Source: Octopus vulgaris (taxonomy: Eukaryota). Taken from it: 64,000 nt of DNA. Within the stretch, counting starts at the first letter, position 1. Each line of letters starts with the position of its first letter. Shown piece after piece: positions 14,295 through 27,419 of this stretch. Both the position numbers and the translations under genes were made by a program. Location of the stretch: the NCBI GenBank assembly GCA_951406725.2, contig OX597831.1, positions 26,350,001 to 26,414,000 of the forward strand, in the 5' to 3' direction. The notes below the pieces were generated by a model that was not told the DNA's origin, did not search any database, and saw nothing but the letters and a program-made list of their open reading frames with translations.

Positions 14295-14394
14295 GGTAAA
14301 ATTAATTAATTAATAATTTTACCAAGTAGCTTGGTATGTTAAAAGAACCATTATCAGTAAACTTATACAAAGATTCTATAATTATACATATAAT

Positions 14395-14538
14395 TATAAT
14401 TAGGGTTCAGCAAAATTTGCTTCACCTCATACCAAAATTTAGAAATAGCAGTTAAACTACTATCTTAAAATAGTAGTTTAACTGCTATTTCTAAATTTCG
14501 GTATGTGGTGAAACAAATTTTGCTGAACCCTAATTATA
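14395..14538. repeat. Near-perfect hairpin (~69-bp stem, 6-nt loop)
   Basis: TATAATTAGGGTTCAGCAAAATTTG...AACTACTAT-cttaaa-ATAGTAGTT...CAAATTTTGCTGAACCCTAATTATA. Confidence 0.92.
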
Positions 14539-14546
14539 TTTATACT

Positions 14547-14582
<36 letters not shown>

Positions 14583-14840
14583 CAAACATGCATACAACAT
14601 TGTTGTTTTTTTGTCATCATTTTAACATCTACTTTTTTATGCTTACTTGGGCAAAGTTCATTGAGGCAGATTTTTTATGCCCAGATGCCCTTCTGATTGC
14701 CAACAATCACCTGTTTCTTCCATGTAAGGTAATATTCCCCACCGACCTGACATGTTTTCTTGGAAAATTGGAAATAAACGGCAACATTTGTATGATAGTG
14801 TTGCTTGTTTATCAATATCATGTGCAGTCAAACCAAGGGG

Positions 14841-14878
<38 letters not shown>

Positions 14879-14934
14879 CCCTCTCTCTCTTTCGGAGAGG
14901 CACTGAGCAGCTATATGCACATATACACACACGG

Positions 14935-15088
14935 CAGTAACTTCCACCTACCAAATTCAATCACAAAGCTCCGGTCGGCTCGGGGCTATAGTGGAAGACA
15001 CCTACCCAAAGTGCCACGCAGTGGGACTGAACCTGAAACCATGTAGCTAGGAAGCAAGCTCCCTAACCACACAGCCATGCCCGCGCCT
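14935..15088 (-). mobile_element. SINE family B head
   Basis: GTGCCACGCAGTGGGACTGAACC...ACCACACAGCCATGCCCGCGCCT. Confidence 0.75.
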
Positions 15089-15759
15089 ATATATGTTTCA
15101 GTTTCTTCGCACCAAATCAACTTACAAGGTTTTGGTTGGCCTAGAGCTGTAGTAGGTGCCACTGCCATGCAGTGGGGCTAAATCCAAAAGCTACATGGGA
15201 GTCAAATTTCTTAGCATTCATGCATACACTTGTGTGTGCATGTCTGTATATATGTGTATGTGTGTGTCTGTGTATGTACATGTGTTCATGTATATGTAAG
15301 TAACTATTGATAATGCATTCACTAAGCTATTATTCAATTTATCTACAGACACACATAAGCTCTATCATTGACTGTACATGATTTCAGATCTGAGAAACTT
15401 TCCTAAGATATGATCTTTAATGAATAGAACAAGTTTTTATTCATTAAACAAAACCCTTGGTTTCAGTGACTAGAAAATAATGTACAGTGGAGAAACCTTA
15501 GAAAGTCGGGTGGCATTTATCCCTGTGAACAATGGTGTTAAACAATGGGTTACAATTTCACTGACTTTATTCCCCATGTACTACGTACCCATGACTACTC
15601 ATGATTATGATCAAGGCATCTTTGTCAGTTATTGAAAAACAGATCAACTCTCCAACCTGAATCATTTCAAAGTTTAATTGAAGACCTTTGTAACTCATGT
15701 GGTGTTCCTCTTCACTGGAACACATAATCCAGAAAATAATGAACTTCTTCAGTATCTTT

Positions 15760-16165
15760 CCTACTTTTGGACTTACAATAAGCCTGAGGAAAACTAAGAT
15801 GATGTTTACTTATGTTCCAAAGAACCCACATGTGAAGACAATGACATGACATATCTCAACAGCACTGCCTCCATAGATGGATTCATAGGTTCTCGGATGA
15901 ACCTGAGGATTGATAAAGCTCCTACTGAAACTTGGGACATTCGACAAAAGGGTCAGACAGTGTTTTGAAACTGTCCATCAAGCTTTGCATCTTTGATGCT
16001 TGTGTTGTCATATCCCACAACTGTGTTGGGTAGCTTGTATCAACGACAAATCAAAATACTTAAAATATTTCACCAGAAGAGTCTAAAGCATGCATTAAAC
16101 ATCAGCTGGAAAATCTCTTACACCTAACACAGAAGTGCTGGAAAAAGCAGGCTGTCTCACTATGT
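15760..16165 (+). mobile_element. Degenerate RTE-like LINE fragment
   Basis: Residual peptides FGLTISLRKTKMMF, FHQKSLKHALNISWK and PNTEVLEKAG, broken by stops and frameshifts. Confidence 0.6.
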
Positions 16166-16701
16166 AAGCTGAAAAACCTACAGAGTTTCAAAAGGAAACC
16201 AGATCTGAATTTAGTGCCTGCTGTAGATGCAGATGTCACTAATTGAAGGAATCTCAATGTGCTAGAGCTTATTTAATAAAGCTCTTGTCCAATGATAACA
16301 TGTAGCCTTATTTCCGTTTGAAATCATCTACTGTGGTATCCCAGCAAAATCAGTACGATATTTCTTGCAGAAGATTGGTTTGGAAGCCAAACAAGTGAAG
16401 GAAACCACTTAAGCAATAGCCACAGTGGTTGAGACCAGCACAAGGTGGTTGCAGTTGAAAAGTGACTTCTGTAGGTGGGGGCTAATTTGGTAACCATTAC
16501 TCCAATCAGGTCAAATATACAAGCTATAGGGAAAAAAGGCTTATAACTTTGAGATACCTGCCAACAATACAGAGTAGTTTCAAATGACATAATGGATTTA
16601 GTCACCATTAAGAGAAGGAGTTTGCATTGTTTTTAAGAAGCTCCAGCAGATTCTGCTTGGAGCAAAGCGTCACTGGTGGTAGTTCACCTGTGTGTGAGTA
16701 T

Positions 16702-16762
<61 letters not shown>

Positions 16763-17109
16763 GATGTGTGTGTAGGGAATAAATAAAATCAAGGTGATCA
16801 TATCAGCAGCACTTCCTGCAGGAACCTAACTAGAAGAGTATTCAAATAGCAGTGCATATGGTACATCTTCTAATTAACAAAAGAATGACAGCCTATACTT
16901 TGATCAGTTATTGCAGGAATACTTTGCCAATCCAAAGAATGTATATCAAATAGATATCTTTTACTCCTTACAGAGTGAATAACAATAATTTCAGTTGAAG
17001 AAAAGAGAAATCAGATTAACGTTAAGTACGTTTCAGTGAACAACTAAAGTTATTGCATCCCTTTTGTATGTAATATGAAATAAACGGCAGAGTTTATTCA
17101 CTTCTTCAT

Positions 17110-17160
<51 letters not shown>

Positions 17161-18049
17161 ATACACACATATCTGTACACTTTCCAACAAAGGTAGTGTG
17201 CCATTATGAGACTACATTTCAATTAAGCTGTTTAATTAACTGCTACAACTGCACCTGTCAGGGATGTGAGAATCCACATATTGCAGAGGAAAATCATTTT
17301 AATTTTCCAGGTGTTACATTATGATGGGGCTTACCTTCAAAATCATTCCTTATTGGTGATACAGTGATTGATTGTATTTACTCAGAATTTCTGCAACAAC
17401 CTATAATGCCAAGCATTCAAGAGGAGAACTCTGAAGACATAGAGTTTTTATTTCAAGCAACATGAGGCACCCCACACTACCACAGTAATATAAGGGCCTG
17501 GTTGCAAAGAAATGAATTGCACAAAGATATTCAGAAGAATATACCCTGCATTCACTGAACCACACCATTAGAAAACTTTTATGGAATTACTTAAAAGATA
17601 AATTTTGTGGCACAAAAGGGGCACCAGTCAACAAATTGAGGGCAACCACTGAATAAGAATGCACATAAATACCAACTGAAATGCTTCTTGATGCATACAA
17701 TTCTATCATTTTACATAATCATAAGTGCCTGAACTGAACTTTCCATCAGTTTCAAATCAGGCATTCATAAATTCTTTTGGTGGATTCTCTTAAATTTTCA
17801 AAATGTAATGTATTTTAATATGCATTGACTTTATAACCATTCAATGTGTGTTTGCATTTACATGCACACGCATACATAAATATATACATATAATTAATAA
17901 TCATACTCTACAATGGAAATTGTAGATTTTTAGAGATTTTTCCATTTATTCAAAACACCTTATTTCCTAGAGGAATATTCCTTTTTACTACTGTCCATGG
18001 AAGTGCTTCTCAAGGTAAATGCCTGGATTAGCTTATCCCTCCTGACTTA

Positions 18050-18176
18050 TTATATATATTTGCATGTGTGTGTGTGTGTGTAGATATATATATGTGTGTA
18101 TGTATATATATATATATATATGCATGTATGTATATATATATGTATGTATGTATATATATATATATATATATATATG

Positions 18177-18219
<43 letters not shown>

Positions 18220-18430
18220 ATATATATATATATATATGTATGTATATATATATATATGTATGTATGTATGTATATATATATGTATGTATATATATATATA
18301 TATAAGCAAATACATATATAAATATACGTAAGCAACTCTTTGTGAGAGTTTGTGTATGCTCGTGTTTGTGTGTACACGTGTGTGCATGTGCATGCGCGTG
18401 TGTGTGTGTGTGTGTGTGCATGCATGCATA
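18050..18430. repeat. (TA)n/(TG)n compound microsatellite
   Basis: Directly visible. Confidence 0.95.
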
Positions 18431-21411
18431 AGCTAATTGATGTGTTTTATTGTTTTATCTCTGGTTGTTTTGCTCTTTTTCTTCATTTTAATTTTCACTT
18501 AGTTTATTAGACAAATAATTTCAATTAATTTTTTACTATTCGTGAACCCAGTAATTTATTGTATACTTGGCATGCGTTCACATTCTCCAAGACTGAAATG
18601 TCTTCAAGGATTCTTTGTTGAGATTGCCATGTTTTATTAAAGTTCCTCTCGACTGGAATTAATTTCATATCATTTGTTTTGTGCATCCATTTTCCATACC
18701 TATACTGCTATATTGCTGAAACTTGAAGACATTTTCGTCTTTCTAAATTTGTGTTTAAATGTTGTATTTGTAAAATATTCATTAAGACAAGTTTATTAAG
18801 CAAATGAACACACCAGATAGTTTAATGCATAATGTCACACTAAATATGTAACCAAGGTTCATTTAGACATGAAGGACTTTCTAGTTGTATTTAAATACTT
18901 TGTGACGTCAGTTAACTTTACTTTCTAAATAGTACATTCTTAATTATATTTGAAACGCCAAGCATTCAAATAGTCACATTTTTCCACTTCTGTCAAGACA
19001 AAATAACTATAAATTGGTTATTAATTATAGATTTAGTGTAGTTCTGTTCATTTTGTTCATTTTCTGGCAATCAAAAGAAAAAAAATGCAAAAAAAAAAAT
19101 CACTGTTATGACCACTACAGGAGGTCTAACTGTAGGCCTGAAGAGAAGTGACAGACATTATTGTGATTGAAATATGGACAACATTCATTGTTTAATGACA
19201 GTGTTTAAGGATAATGAATGTGTTTTCTCTTGAAACTGATGTCTTGTTTGTATGTTGATAAACAAGAATTTGCAGTTTCTATCCTGACAATTCTTATAAT
19301 GTGTCTTATTAATAGCTCTGCTTTTATATAATGGAAAACAATGTCACTAGAAAAGTAAATAGGTCAGTACCTTTTGGTCATCGAAAAGATGTCTAATTCT
19401 GGAACATTCTTAGGTGAAAAACTACAGAACAATTGTATAAGTGTATTTTATTTGAAAGGGGTCAAATAATGAAGCAGACAGCTTTTAAAGAATTCATCAA
19501 GCTAAAAATGTTGGTCCCTTTCAACACGTATAAATATAGTGCAATGGATAAGCAAAAAGCTGAGACACTACTTTATACTACAAGTGGGAAACATTTAGAA
19601 AAGCTTTCATGCTAAATAGCCTCATATATTTCACAAATATATTATTTTTATATTGATAGGTTTCTTTTTATTTTCTTCTTCTTCTCTCTGTTTTGATACT
19701 GGTGTACTTTGTTTTATATTTGTTGACAGTTTTCATTGTTGCTGCTGTTGCTATTATTTTCTTGTACTCACACTCATATATATATACAAACAGATATACT
19801 CCTACTTGACTTTCTTACACTCTTTGTCCATCTTTTTAATACCAAAAGAGTTTCCTTTCTACTCATCCAAGAAATGAAGCTTAGTTCAAGTTACATCTTT
19901 CAATTTATATTTTCCTTCTACAAATTTAAAAAGAAATCCAGTACTTACATCATTATATGGAAATGTGAACATGAATTTTGTAGAGTTTGAAGCATATAGA
20001 GATGTTTTATTTTACTTTTATTTATAATTTTGAATTAATATATTGGACAGAATATGCTCTTTTTAAATTATTTTGCTAACATTTAGACGTGGCCTTAAAT
20101 ATATTTCCTTTTTGGGTAAATAAAATTCCATTGATTCGATAAGGTTAGTTAATAAAACACTTAGAAGTAAATAAATAGATTTAATTTTAAAGAAGGGAGA
20201 AAATTTAATAAATTTTGCAAGCTGTTTTTCTTAACTGATGATAACAAAGAAATAAGGTCTTTGTGTCTGCCTGAAGAAATATTCTAGAGTAATAAGTAAG
20301 ACTATGGAATCTGAACATACTGATTTATATAGAGCTTTGAGAGAGGTAATTTGCAGTATGCCAGCCAAAGTGATGTGGCAGTAGGTATGAGCTTACTAGT
20401 ATCACTATAATTAGGAGCTCACTTGCAGGATCTCATACATTAAAATGCCATATCTGTAAAGGAAGAAGAATTCAAGCTAATGGTGTAGACACATTTATGG
20501 GTGATGTTGTACGAGTTGGGGTTTAAGAGAAATTAGGACAGTAGTTAGGGTGAGTGGAACTATATGAGGACTTGAACTGTCAGACTGATCACTTAAGCTT
20601 TATGTCACTGCAATAATTTGATTATTCTTTTAATAGTACTTATTGATACTTCTCAATATTTTACTCCATGCAAACCACTCTATCAGATGACATATCATAT
20701 ACAAGATATAGCAAGGAACAATTCTTTATCAATATTGTTTCCAGTGTTTTATACTAATTGATTTTACTAAACATGAATTGTAAAATGTTTGACAGTTTTA
20801 AGATCAATGCTGGTAGTCTCATAACACAAATTATCTTAATGTTCATCAGTAAGGAAAATCAATGTTTAAAAAAAATTCTCTTCTCTGAACAAATACTAAA
20901 ATACGTGGAGATAATATTTGAAGAGAAGAGTTTTCTAAATTTTAGCCACGCAGAAAGCTGAATACTCAATATCACTCCAAAAATACACTTCATACAAATG
21001 CTTAAAACTGTGAATATAGCTTTAAGTATTCAGAATATGCAGTATTTCTTAACAACGTATGTACATATGGTGAGACCAACCAAGCAACTTTGGTAAATAT
21101 AATATTAATGATAAAGCATATCTTTACAGTTTACTATAATTAACAGGATTTCTTTTCTTATGAATGAAGTCCATTGTGAAAAGAATGGTCTTCAGATTAA
21201 GTAGTTGGGCTGTTTGTCCTCTCTACCTTGTGACTTCATTTTCAATTGATACACAAAAATAAACTGACTTTTCTTGTTGTATAATTTACTCTGTCAAAGG
21301 AGGATTGGATTGAGAATATTAAAGGAAAAAAAACTTTATATACAATAAATATTTCTAACATAAGCTTTTGAAATTTAGAGAAGAGTATACTTAATTATAC
21401 TGATCTATCTA

Positions 21412-21565
21412 CAGGTGCAGTCCCGGGAATTTTTCAAAGGAAGGGCACAAGGTCAGAAGGGAATACAGTTCCAGGAGAAAAGGGCGTAATAACATTATTT
21501 AGAAGGGCACACTTCTTTCCTTGAGGAGGGGGGGGGGCACCTGTCCCTCCTTGGGTCCGCCCCTG
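21412..21565. mobile_element. Small GC-rich MITE with imperfect TIRs
   Basis: CAGGTGCAGTCCCGGGA ... TCCTTGGGTCCGCCCCTG. Confidence 0.5.
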
Positions 21566-22419
21566 ATCTACTTAGACTGTTAGTTTATTTTATCGATTCG
21601 AATTGGCAAGTTTAACCTTTGCAGGATCTGAACTGAAAATATAAAGAGATATAACTAAATTCTGCAAAAGCTTATTATCTGCCAAGTCACTTATGACATG
21701 CAATAATGCTTCGAACATTTGAGAATATTTCTAATTTTAGTAGACAACTTAGACTGCCTAAAATGTTAGAGTACACCTCACTTCAAGCTAATGAACTTAC
21801 TGAGATTTTTATTAATTTATATATATTTATGTTCAAATTTTCTTTTCGTGAAACACATTGTATTTTAATACTCCAATAATTGATATTAATCATGTTTTCT
21901 TTTATATAATTTCTCAGTTTCCAGTTTCTGGAAATTGAGAAACCATTTAATGATTAACTGTCATTTTCTCTGTCTATGTAAGAAATTAATCTATGCTGAT
22001 TTATCACTCAACTTACAGATGAAACCATCTTTGAAGACAAGTCTACAACATATACATTTTCTCCTTCAATACTTTCTGTTTAACAAATTATTATCATAAC
22101 TATAATTGCTTATTTTATTTTTGGGAGGTGGCAAATGTAACACCGGACTTCATAAAATAACAATCGCACAAAACAGCTGTTCAATGTAAATACTAACAAA
22201 TTAAAGCAATTGAATGAAAATATTAATATGAATCCATAATGTTTGATTAATGTTGAGAAAGACACCTTTTATTTTTTTTAAGTGAAGAGACCAATATATA
22301 GCCAGCAGCTAGCAACTCCACAGGCAATTTCCAGTTACTTTTATGTATTTAATATACAGATTTTCTGAACACTGTTTAGCTATTCTTTACATATGTTTTC
22401 TTTCTTTTCTTTTCTATAG

Positions 22420-22489
22420 GAGTGTCCGACAGGTATAGTGAACGAAGATACATTTAAGGACATTTATGCTCAATTTTTTCCTCAAGGAG
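22420..22489 (+). CDS. KCNIP: KChIP (Kv channel-interacting protein) internal exon, EF-hand 1 region
   Basis: Polypyrimidine tract + tag acceptor and G|gtaaga donor. The 70 nt (phase 0 to 1) encode ECPTGIVNEDTFKDIYAQFFPQG(D), close to vertebrate KChIP [24 protein letters not shown], with the same 70-nt exon size. Confidence 0.96.
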
Positions 22490-22593
22490 GTAAGAATAGT
22501 TAACTTATTTATTTGTAAAACAATATGACTATCAAGGCAATACAATAAAACAAGAAGAGCAGCTACTATACGAAATTTCAAACAATGTAAATT

Positions 22594-23146
22594 AAATGAA
22601 AATTATATTTATGCAAAGCGAAGTCGATATCGAACCTCATCCGACGACAGGCACCTATGCCAACCCCCCTTTGCTTGCAAAGACCTGTTGGAGCAAGTGA
22701 AATCGAAATTGAACCAATCCTATGACTGGCACCCGGCAGATGCCAGGACCCCTGGACTGGAGATATGTAAAAAGCACAATCCAAATCGTGGCCATTGCCA
22801 GCGCCACCTCGACTGGCTTCCGTGTCGGTGGCACGTAAAAACACCATCCAAATCGTGGCCGAAGCCAGTGCCGCCTCAACTGGCTTCCGTGCAGGTGGCA
22901 CGTAAAATGCACCAATCCGACCATGGCTGATGCCAGCCTCGCCTGGCACCAGTGCAGGTGGCACGTAAAAAGCACCCACTACACTCACAGAGTGGTTAGC
23001 ATTAGGAAGGGCATCCAGCAGTAGAAACTTTGCCAGATAAGACTGGACCCTGGTGCAGCCTTCTGGCTTCCCAGATCCCCGGTCGAACCATCCAACCCAT
23101 GCTAGCATGGAGAACGGCCGTTAAACGATGATGATGATGATGATGA
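22594..23146 (+). mobile_element. Retroposon family C with internal GGTGGCACGTAAAA repeats and (GAT)n tail
   Basis: Three GGTGGCACGTAAAA units, then GGAAGGGCATCCAGC and CCAACCCATGCTAGCATGG...GTTAAAC(GAT)n. Related copies lie at 7060-7503, 33977-34025, 41693-41740, 62293-62450 (+) and 39841-40030 (-). Confidence 0.8.
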
Positions 23147-23730
23147 ACCTCACAGAGCTAACATTTGCTCTGTTAAGAAACTCATAACAAAACAAACATT
23201 TTCTAATATCTTGAGTGAGTTCTTGCTTTCCATGACACTTTCTTTCTTCTTATTCTTGGAATATATAATTATAAATCATATATATATAATTATATATATA
23301 TATATAAATATAATTATAAATCATTATATGCAGCAGAGTTGTTAGAACATTGGACAAAGTGGTTTGTGGTATTTATTCCAGCTCTTTACATTCTGAGTTC
23401 AAATCTCACCTTTTACAAAAGTAACACATTAATAGCAGTCGCTTTTACAGAACCATTTTCTCCAGGTTACTAATTAAAAAGGAGTTGCTGCTGATAGAAA
23501 ATTTCAAGTTGGTTTGATTAATGAATGATAAATGAACACAACATTCTTGGGATTATTATCTAAAATATATATATATATATATAAAAATATAAATAAATCT
23601 GTATTAAGATCCTCTTAAGCAATTATTTCATCCAGGGGCAGAGACAGTGTTTTGATAGTTTCATGGCTTTAGTGAAGCTATAGTTCAAACACAGCATAAA
23701 GGACAAATAAGACAATTGCTACCATACATT

Positions 23731-23733
<3 letters not shown>

Positions 23734-23819
<86 letters not shown>

Positions 23820-23838
23820 ATGCGTGTGTGTGTGTGTG
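23734..23838. repeat. (TG)n microsatellite
   Basis: Directly visible. Confidence 0.95.
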
Positions 23839-24142
23839 AAAACAAACTTTGGAAATGTCATTCATATGTGTTAGTATTTTACAGACAGGAAAGAAAATTT
23901 CGAATACAGTATAGCTGTATAGATTGGGCATTTACTCTTATAAGACAGAAAATGTTGTCAGCAGGTGGCTATGACAGGAGCTATTTATTTTAATGGTAGA
24001 GCACTCAGCCAGTATCTGATGGGTACAGGGTTCAATTTCTGTAGCTGCCTGCTAGCAACTTTTTTCTCTCTTATAAGGGTAAACACCTAATCTTTCTCAG
24101 CTGTTTTCACAGCTATACTACATTTAAAACTTACTTTCTTGT

Positions 24143-24181
<39 letters not shown>

Positions 24182-24474
24182 ATGTGTGTGTAGTTACAGG
24201 TAATGTTATATGTGGAGTAAAAAAGAATAAGCGGTCTTTGGCTGCTATTTCTAAATTTTCGGTATGTGGTTAAGCAATATAATGATATTCATATATTTTT
24301 AGCTGTTAGTATTGACAAGTTCTTAGAGAGTGTGGCCTGTGTGAAACAAGGGAATGCAAAATTAATCTTACCACGTGCTCAATGGTATAAACAAGAGTTA
24401 AATTTCTACAGTATATTCCTTGTCACAAAGATATCACCAGACTTCAATTATAAAAGCTCAAACTATTTATTACT

Positions 24475-24699
24475 TTAAACTTTTAGCTTTCAGAATACTG
24501 TCATATGTAATGATTATTTATTCACATTGTTTTGAATTATTTATGCATTATCTCATAGCTTCAGATTTCAGTGATGTGTTTGTTTGTTTTTGGAATGACA
24601 TTGTAGGGTGGGTGTGAGAGGCTGGATCTGGTAAGTTTGAACATAAAACAGGTTGAATAATTGGGCCAGATATGGCCAGTTTAAATACTAATGGGTTAA
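24475..24699 (-). mobile_element. TTAA MITE, same family
   Basis: Reverse complement of the 10144 element, with TTAA at both ends. Confidence 0.75.
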
Positions 24700-25804
24700 A
24701 CAGTGAAATATGAAATAGATATGTCCTATGCATATACTCAAAGAAGATTAATAAAAAGCAGACTACCAATAAAATGGCTGACAGACATTTCCCCAAATGG
24801 ACATTTCACTAATAGACATTTATACAAATGTACTTATGGCCAAAACTGGCTTCACTCAACACATAAATGAACAAACAGACAACCAGAAAATCTAGTGTTT
24901 TTTCAACATATATATAGAATATACATGCAGGAAATTTTATTAAAACAAGTTTCATTTTCAATGATTGTAAGAAAAAATTTACATTGTTCAGAAATAATCA
25001 GTATTAATTTCTCCAATTTCACTTTAATGGGTTGCATGTCTGGACTTTTTAGCCATATTCCCAAGCCAAACCAATATCAACCATCTTGCCCTAGATACTG
25101 GTGTAGTCAATTATACAGAGAAAAAGTTTTGCTTGGGAGCTATTTCTACAAAGCTGAAGGTAGTAATTAAAAACAGAAGACAGTGATATTCAAGGAGAAG
25201 CAAAGAATTTGCTAACACCTGCCCAAATCTGGATGAAACCTGTCCTTGAAAATAGCCCAGAAAATTAAAGAGTCAAATGGCCTGAGAAAGCGACATCAAC
25301 ATTATACAAAACTTATGTGGTGGGTGCCTACTTGATTCTGCTAGTGTTTATCCTAGGAAAGAAACTCTACTTAGAATAGTACAAAGGTAACAAATGTCAC
25401 CAGATAGGCTTATTTTAACCAAGAAAATTATAAAAAATCAGTTAGAGGATCCATGTGACAAACTGAGAAGAGGGAGTTGATAAGAGAACTGGTAGCACAA
25501 GGATTGGAATTGATGAAACTCAAAAAGTAGATCTATAAAACTAAAGCTACCTTTTCTACATTTATTTCGTGTTCAACCCAACAATCTCCTTATTAATATT
25601 TTGTACTGATTCTTCAAAATCCAGGAAATCTGCCTTACAGTACAGATAGATTTTAATCCAAACAAGATCATCATGGTTGTTTTCACATCTCACCATGCCT
25701 CTGTCAAATCTTCAATAGCATTCAAAATTTGACAATGCTGTAACCACCCAATAAATTCATTTACAGTAGGTTTAGCTTCACCATCTAAGAATTTAATAAA
25801 CTGC

Positions 25805-26012
25805 TTAACCCTTTCATTACCAACCTGGCTGAAACTGGCTCTGGCTCTATAGTACAAATGTCTTGTTTTCATAAGTTTTGAATAAAAAATCTACCACCAA
25901 ACCTTAGTCACAATTTATGTTCCTAACACTAGCTTAATGATAACTAAGTTATTTTACTAAATTCTTTGTAATATTTAAAGTAACTGAAAGAAACACAGAG
26001 CATCTCAAAATA
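25805..26012 (+). mobile_element. Second TTAA MITE family fragment (also 8119-8170)
   Basis: TTAACCCTTT...TACCAACC...GGCTCT.TAGTACA is shared by both loci. Confidence 0.55.
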
Positions 26013-26107
26013 AAGGTGTGCCATAAAATATAAGGTTTGAACATATCAGTAACAACCTAGTCTGAAGATTCAATGAAGCTGGTGGTGTTTGGAGGTAGAA
26101 AAGCTAT

Positions 26108-26335
26108 TTAACCCTTTACCATTCAGATTATTCTGTCAAATGTAATGCTTATTTATTCACATTGTTTTGAATTAATCAAGCATCTTTGAGTAGCTTTGGG
26201 ATTTTCCCAATGTGACTGCTTACTTTTATAAGGATCTTGTAAGGTAGGTGTGAGAGGTTGCATCTGGCTGATTTGAACATAAAACAGATAGAATATTTAG
26301 GCTGGATAGGGCCAGTTTGAATGCTAAAGGGTTAA
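26108..26335 (-). mobile_element. TTAA MITE, same family
   Basis: TTAACCCTTTACCATTC...GAATGCTAAAGGGTTAA. Confidence 0.8.
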
Positions 26336-27419
26336 ACATCAACTATCAGGTCATCCTGGTTATATTAGGGACTCAGAGTACCATCTTCAAGAAACAAGGC
26401 TTTATTCCTAAGATTCTACTTGATCAAACAACTGAATATTCATACATCATTCTCAATAGAAGACACCATCATATCATCTTTTAACATGTCTTCTATGCTG
26501 GCATGGATGGACTGACTGTTTGAAGGAATCTAACAAGGTAAAGGACTGTATATTGTTTCACTATCTGCTTTGGCAGGATTTCTATAGCTAGATATCCTTC
26601 GTAGCATCCCACCGTCAACACACACACATATATATATGTGCTAGAAGTAATAAATCTACTTGAAATATAGTTTTCTTGAGGTGACATGAATAAATATTAG
26701 ATTAAGAATTTAACTCTTCGATTCTATGACTACGTAGACAAATGTTTCTGATATCCTTCTCTGACAAACGCAAAATATATTTTAGTAACAAGAATATGAC
26801 TACAAAGAATCAATGCAAGTAGATATTAGCTTTTTATATTTACTGAACTGAAATTGATAAATTACTGAAAGTGGGAAGAACATTTTCCAATTTTAAGGAA
26901 CCTACACAATTTAGAAGACAGTAACATGTTACTGTCTTAATATTTTATTACAAATATATATTGAGATACTTCAACGAAATACAGTGATGTTTCTAACTGC
27001 AACAAATGTTATCTCTACATAACTTCAACAGTCATCCTTTCTTGTTTGTTTTAAAATCAGTTTTAGTAATATAAAGCAAACATTATCTTGCTACACACCT
27101 TAGATGTATAACAAGATGATATTTTTTAATATTATGTAACATTATTCCAATTGACACTTTTGCTGACCATTAGCAAAATATTTCAACAAATTATTTGTTT
27201 AACAGTAATTTCTAAAGATATCAAACAATGTCTTGTCATGCGATTGATTTCTTGGGGTTTTTATCATTTCCAAAACTAAGCTAAAATCTAAGAATGAAAT
27301 ATCATTCTAATCTTTTCATATACATGTCATACATAAATTCCTTTCCATGTGTAGGATTGTTAATCTTACATTAGCTTCTGTCCTTTCCATCTCCCCTTTC
27401 ATTAGCTGCAGATTTGGCT

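Noticed and set aside
18028-18429. Long YI/HT/CV-repeat ORFs here and at 5495, 6256, 23719, 32680, 41891 and 43743
   Set aside because: These are translations of (TA)n, (CA)n and (GA)n microsatellites.
1-22419. Expected upstream KChIP core exon (..RPEGL...YRGFK) and first exons
   Set aside because: No matching segment was found by eye. Hits such as YRGSK (7793) and YRGIL (~13296) have stops or lack context, so these exons probably lie upstream of the window.
23975-24055. tRNA-like sequence (TGGTAGAGCA...GGTTCAATTTC)
   Set aside because: No complete cloverleaf; probably a decayed SINE head. The same applies to the other SINE heads.
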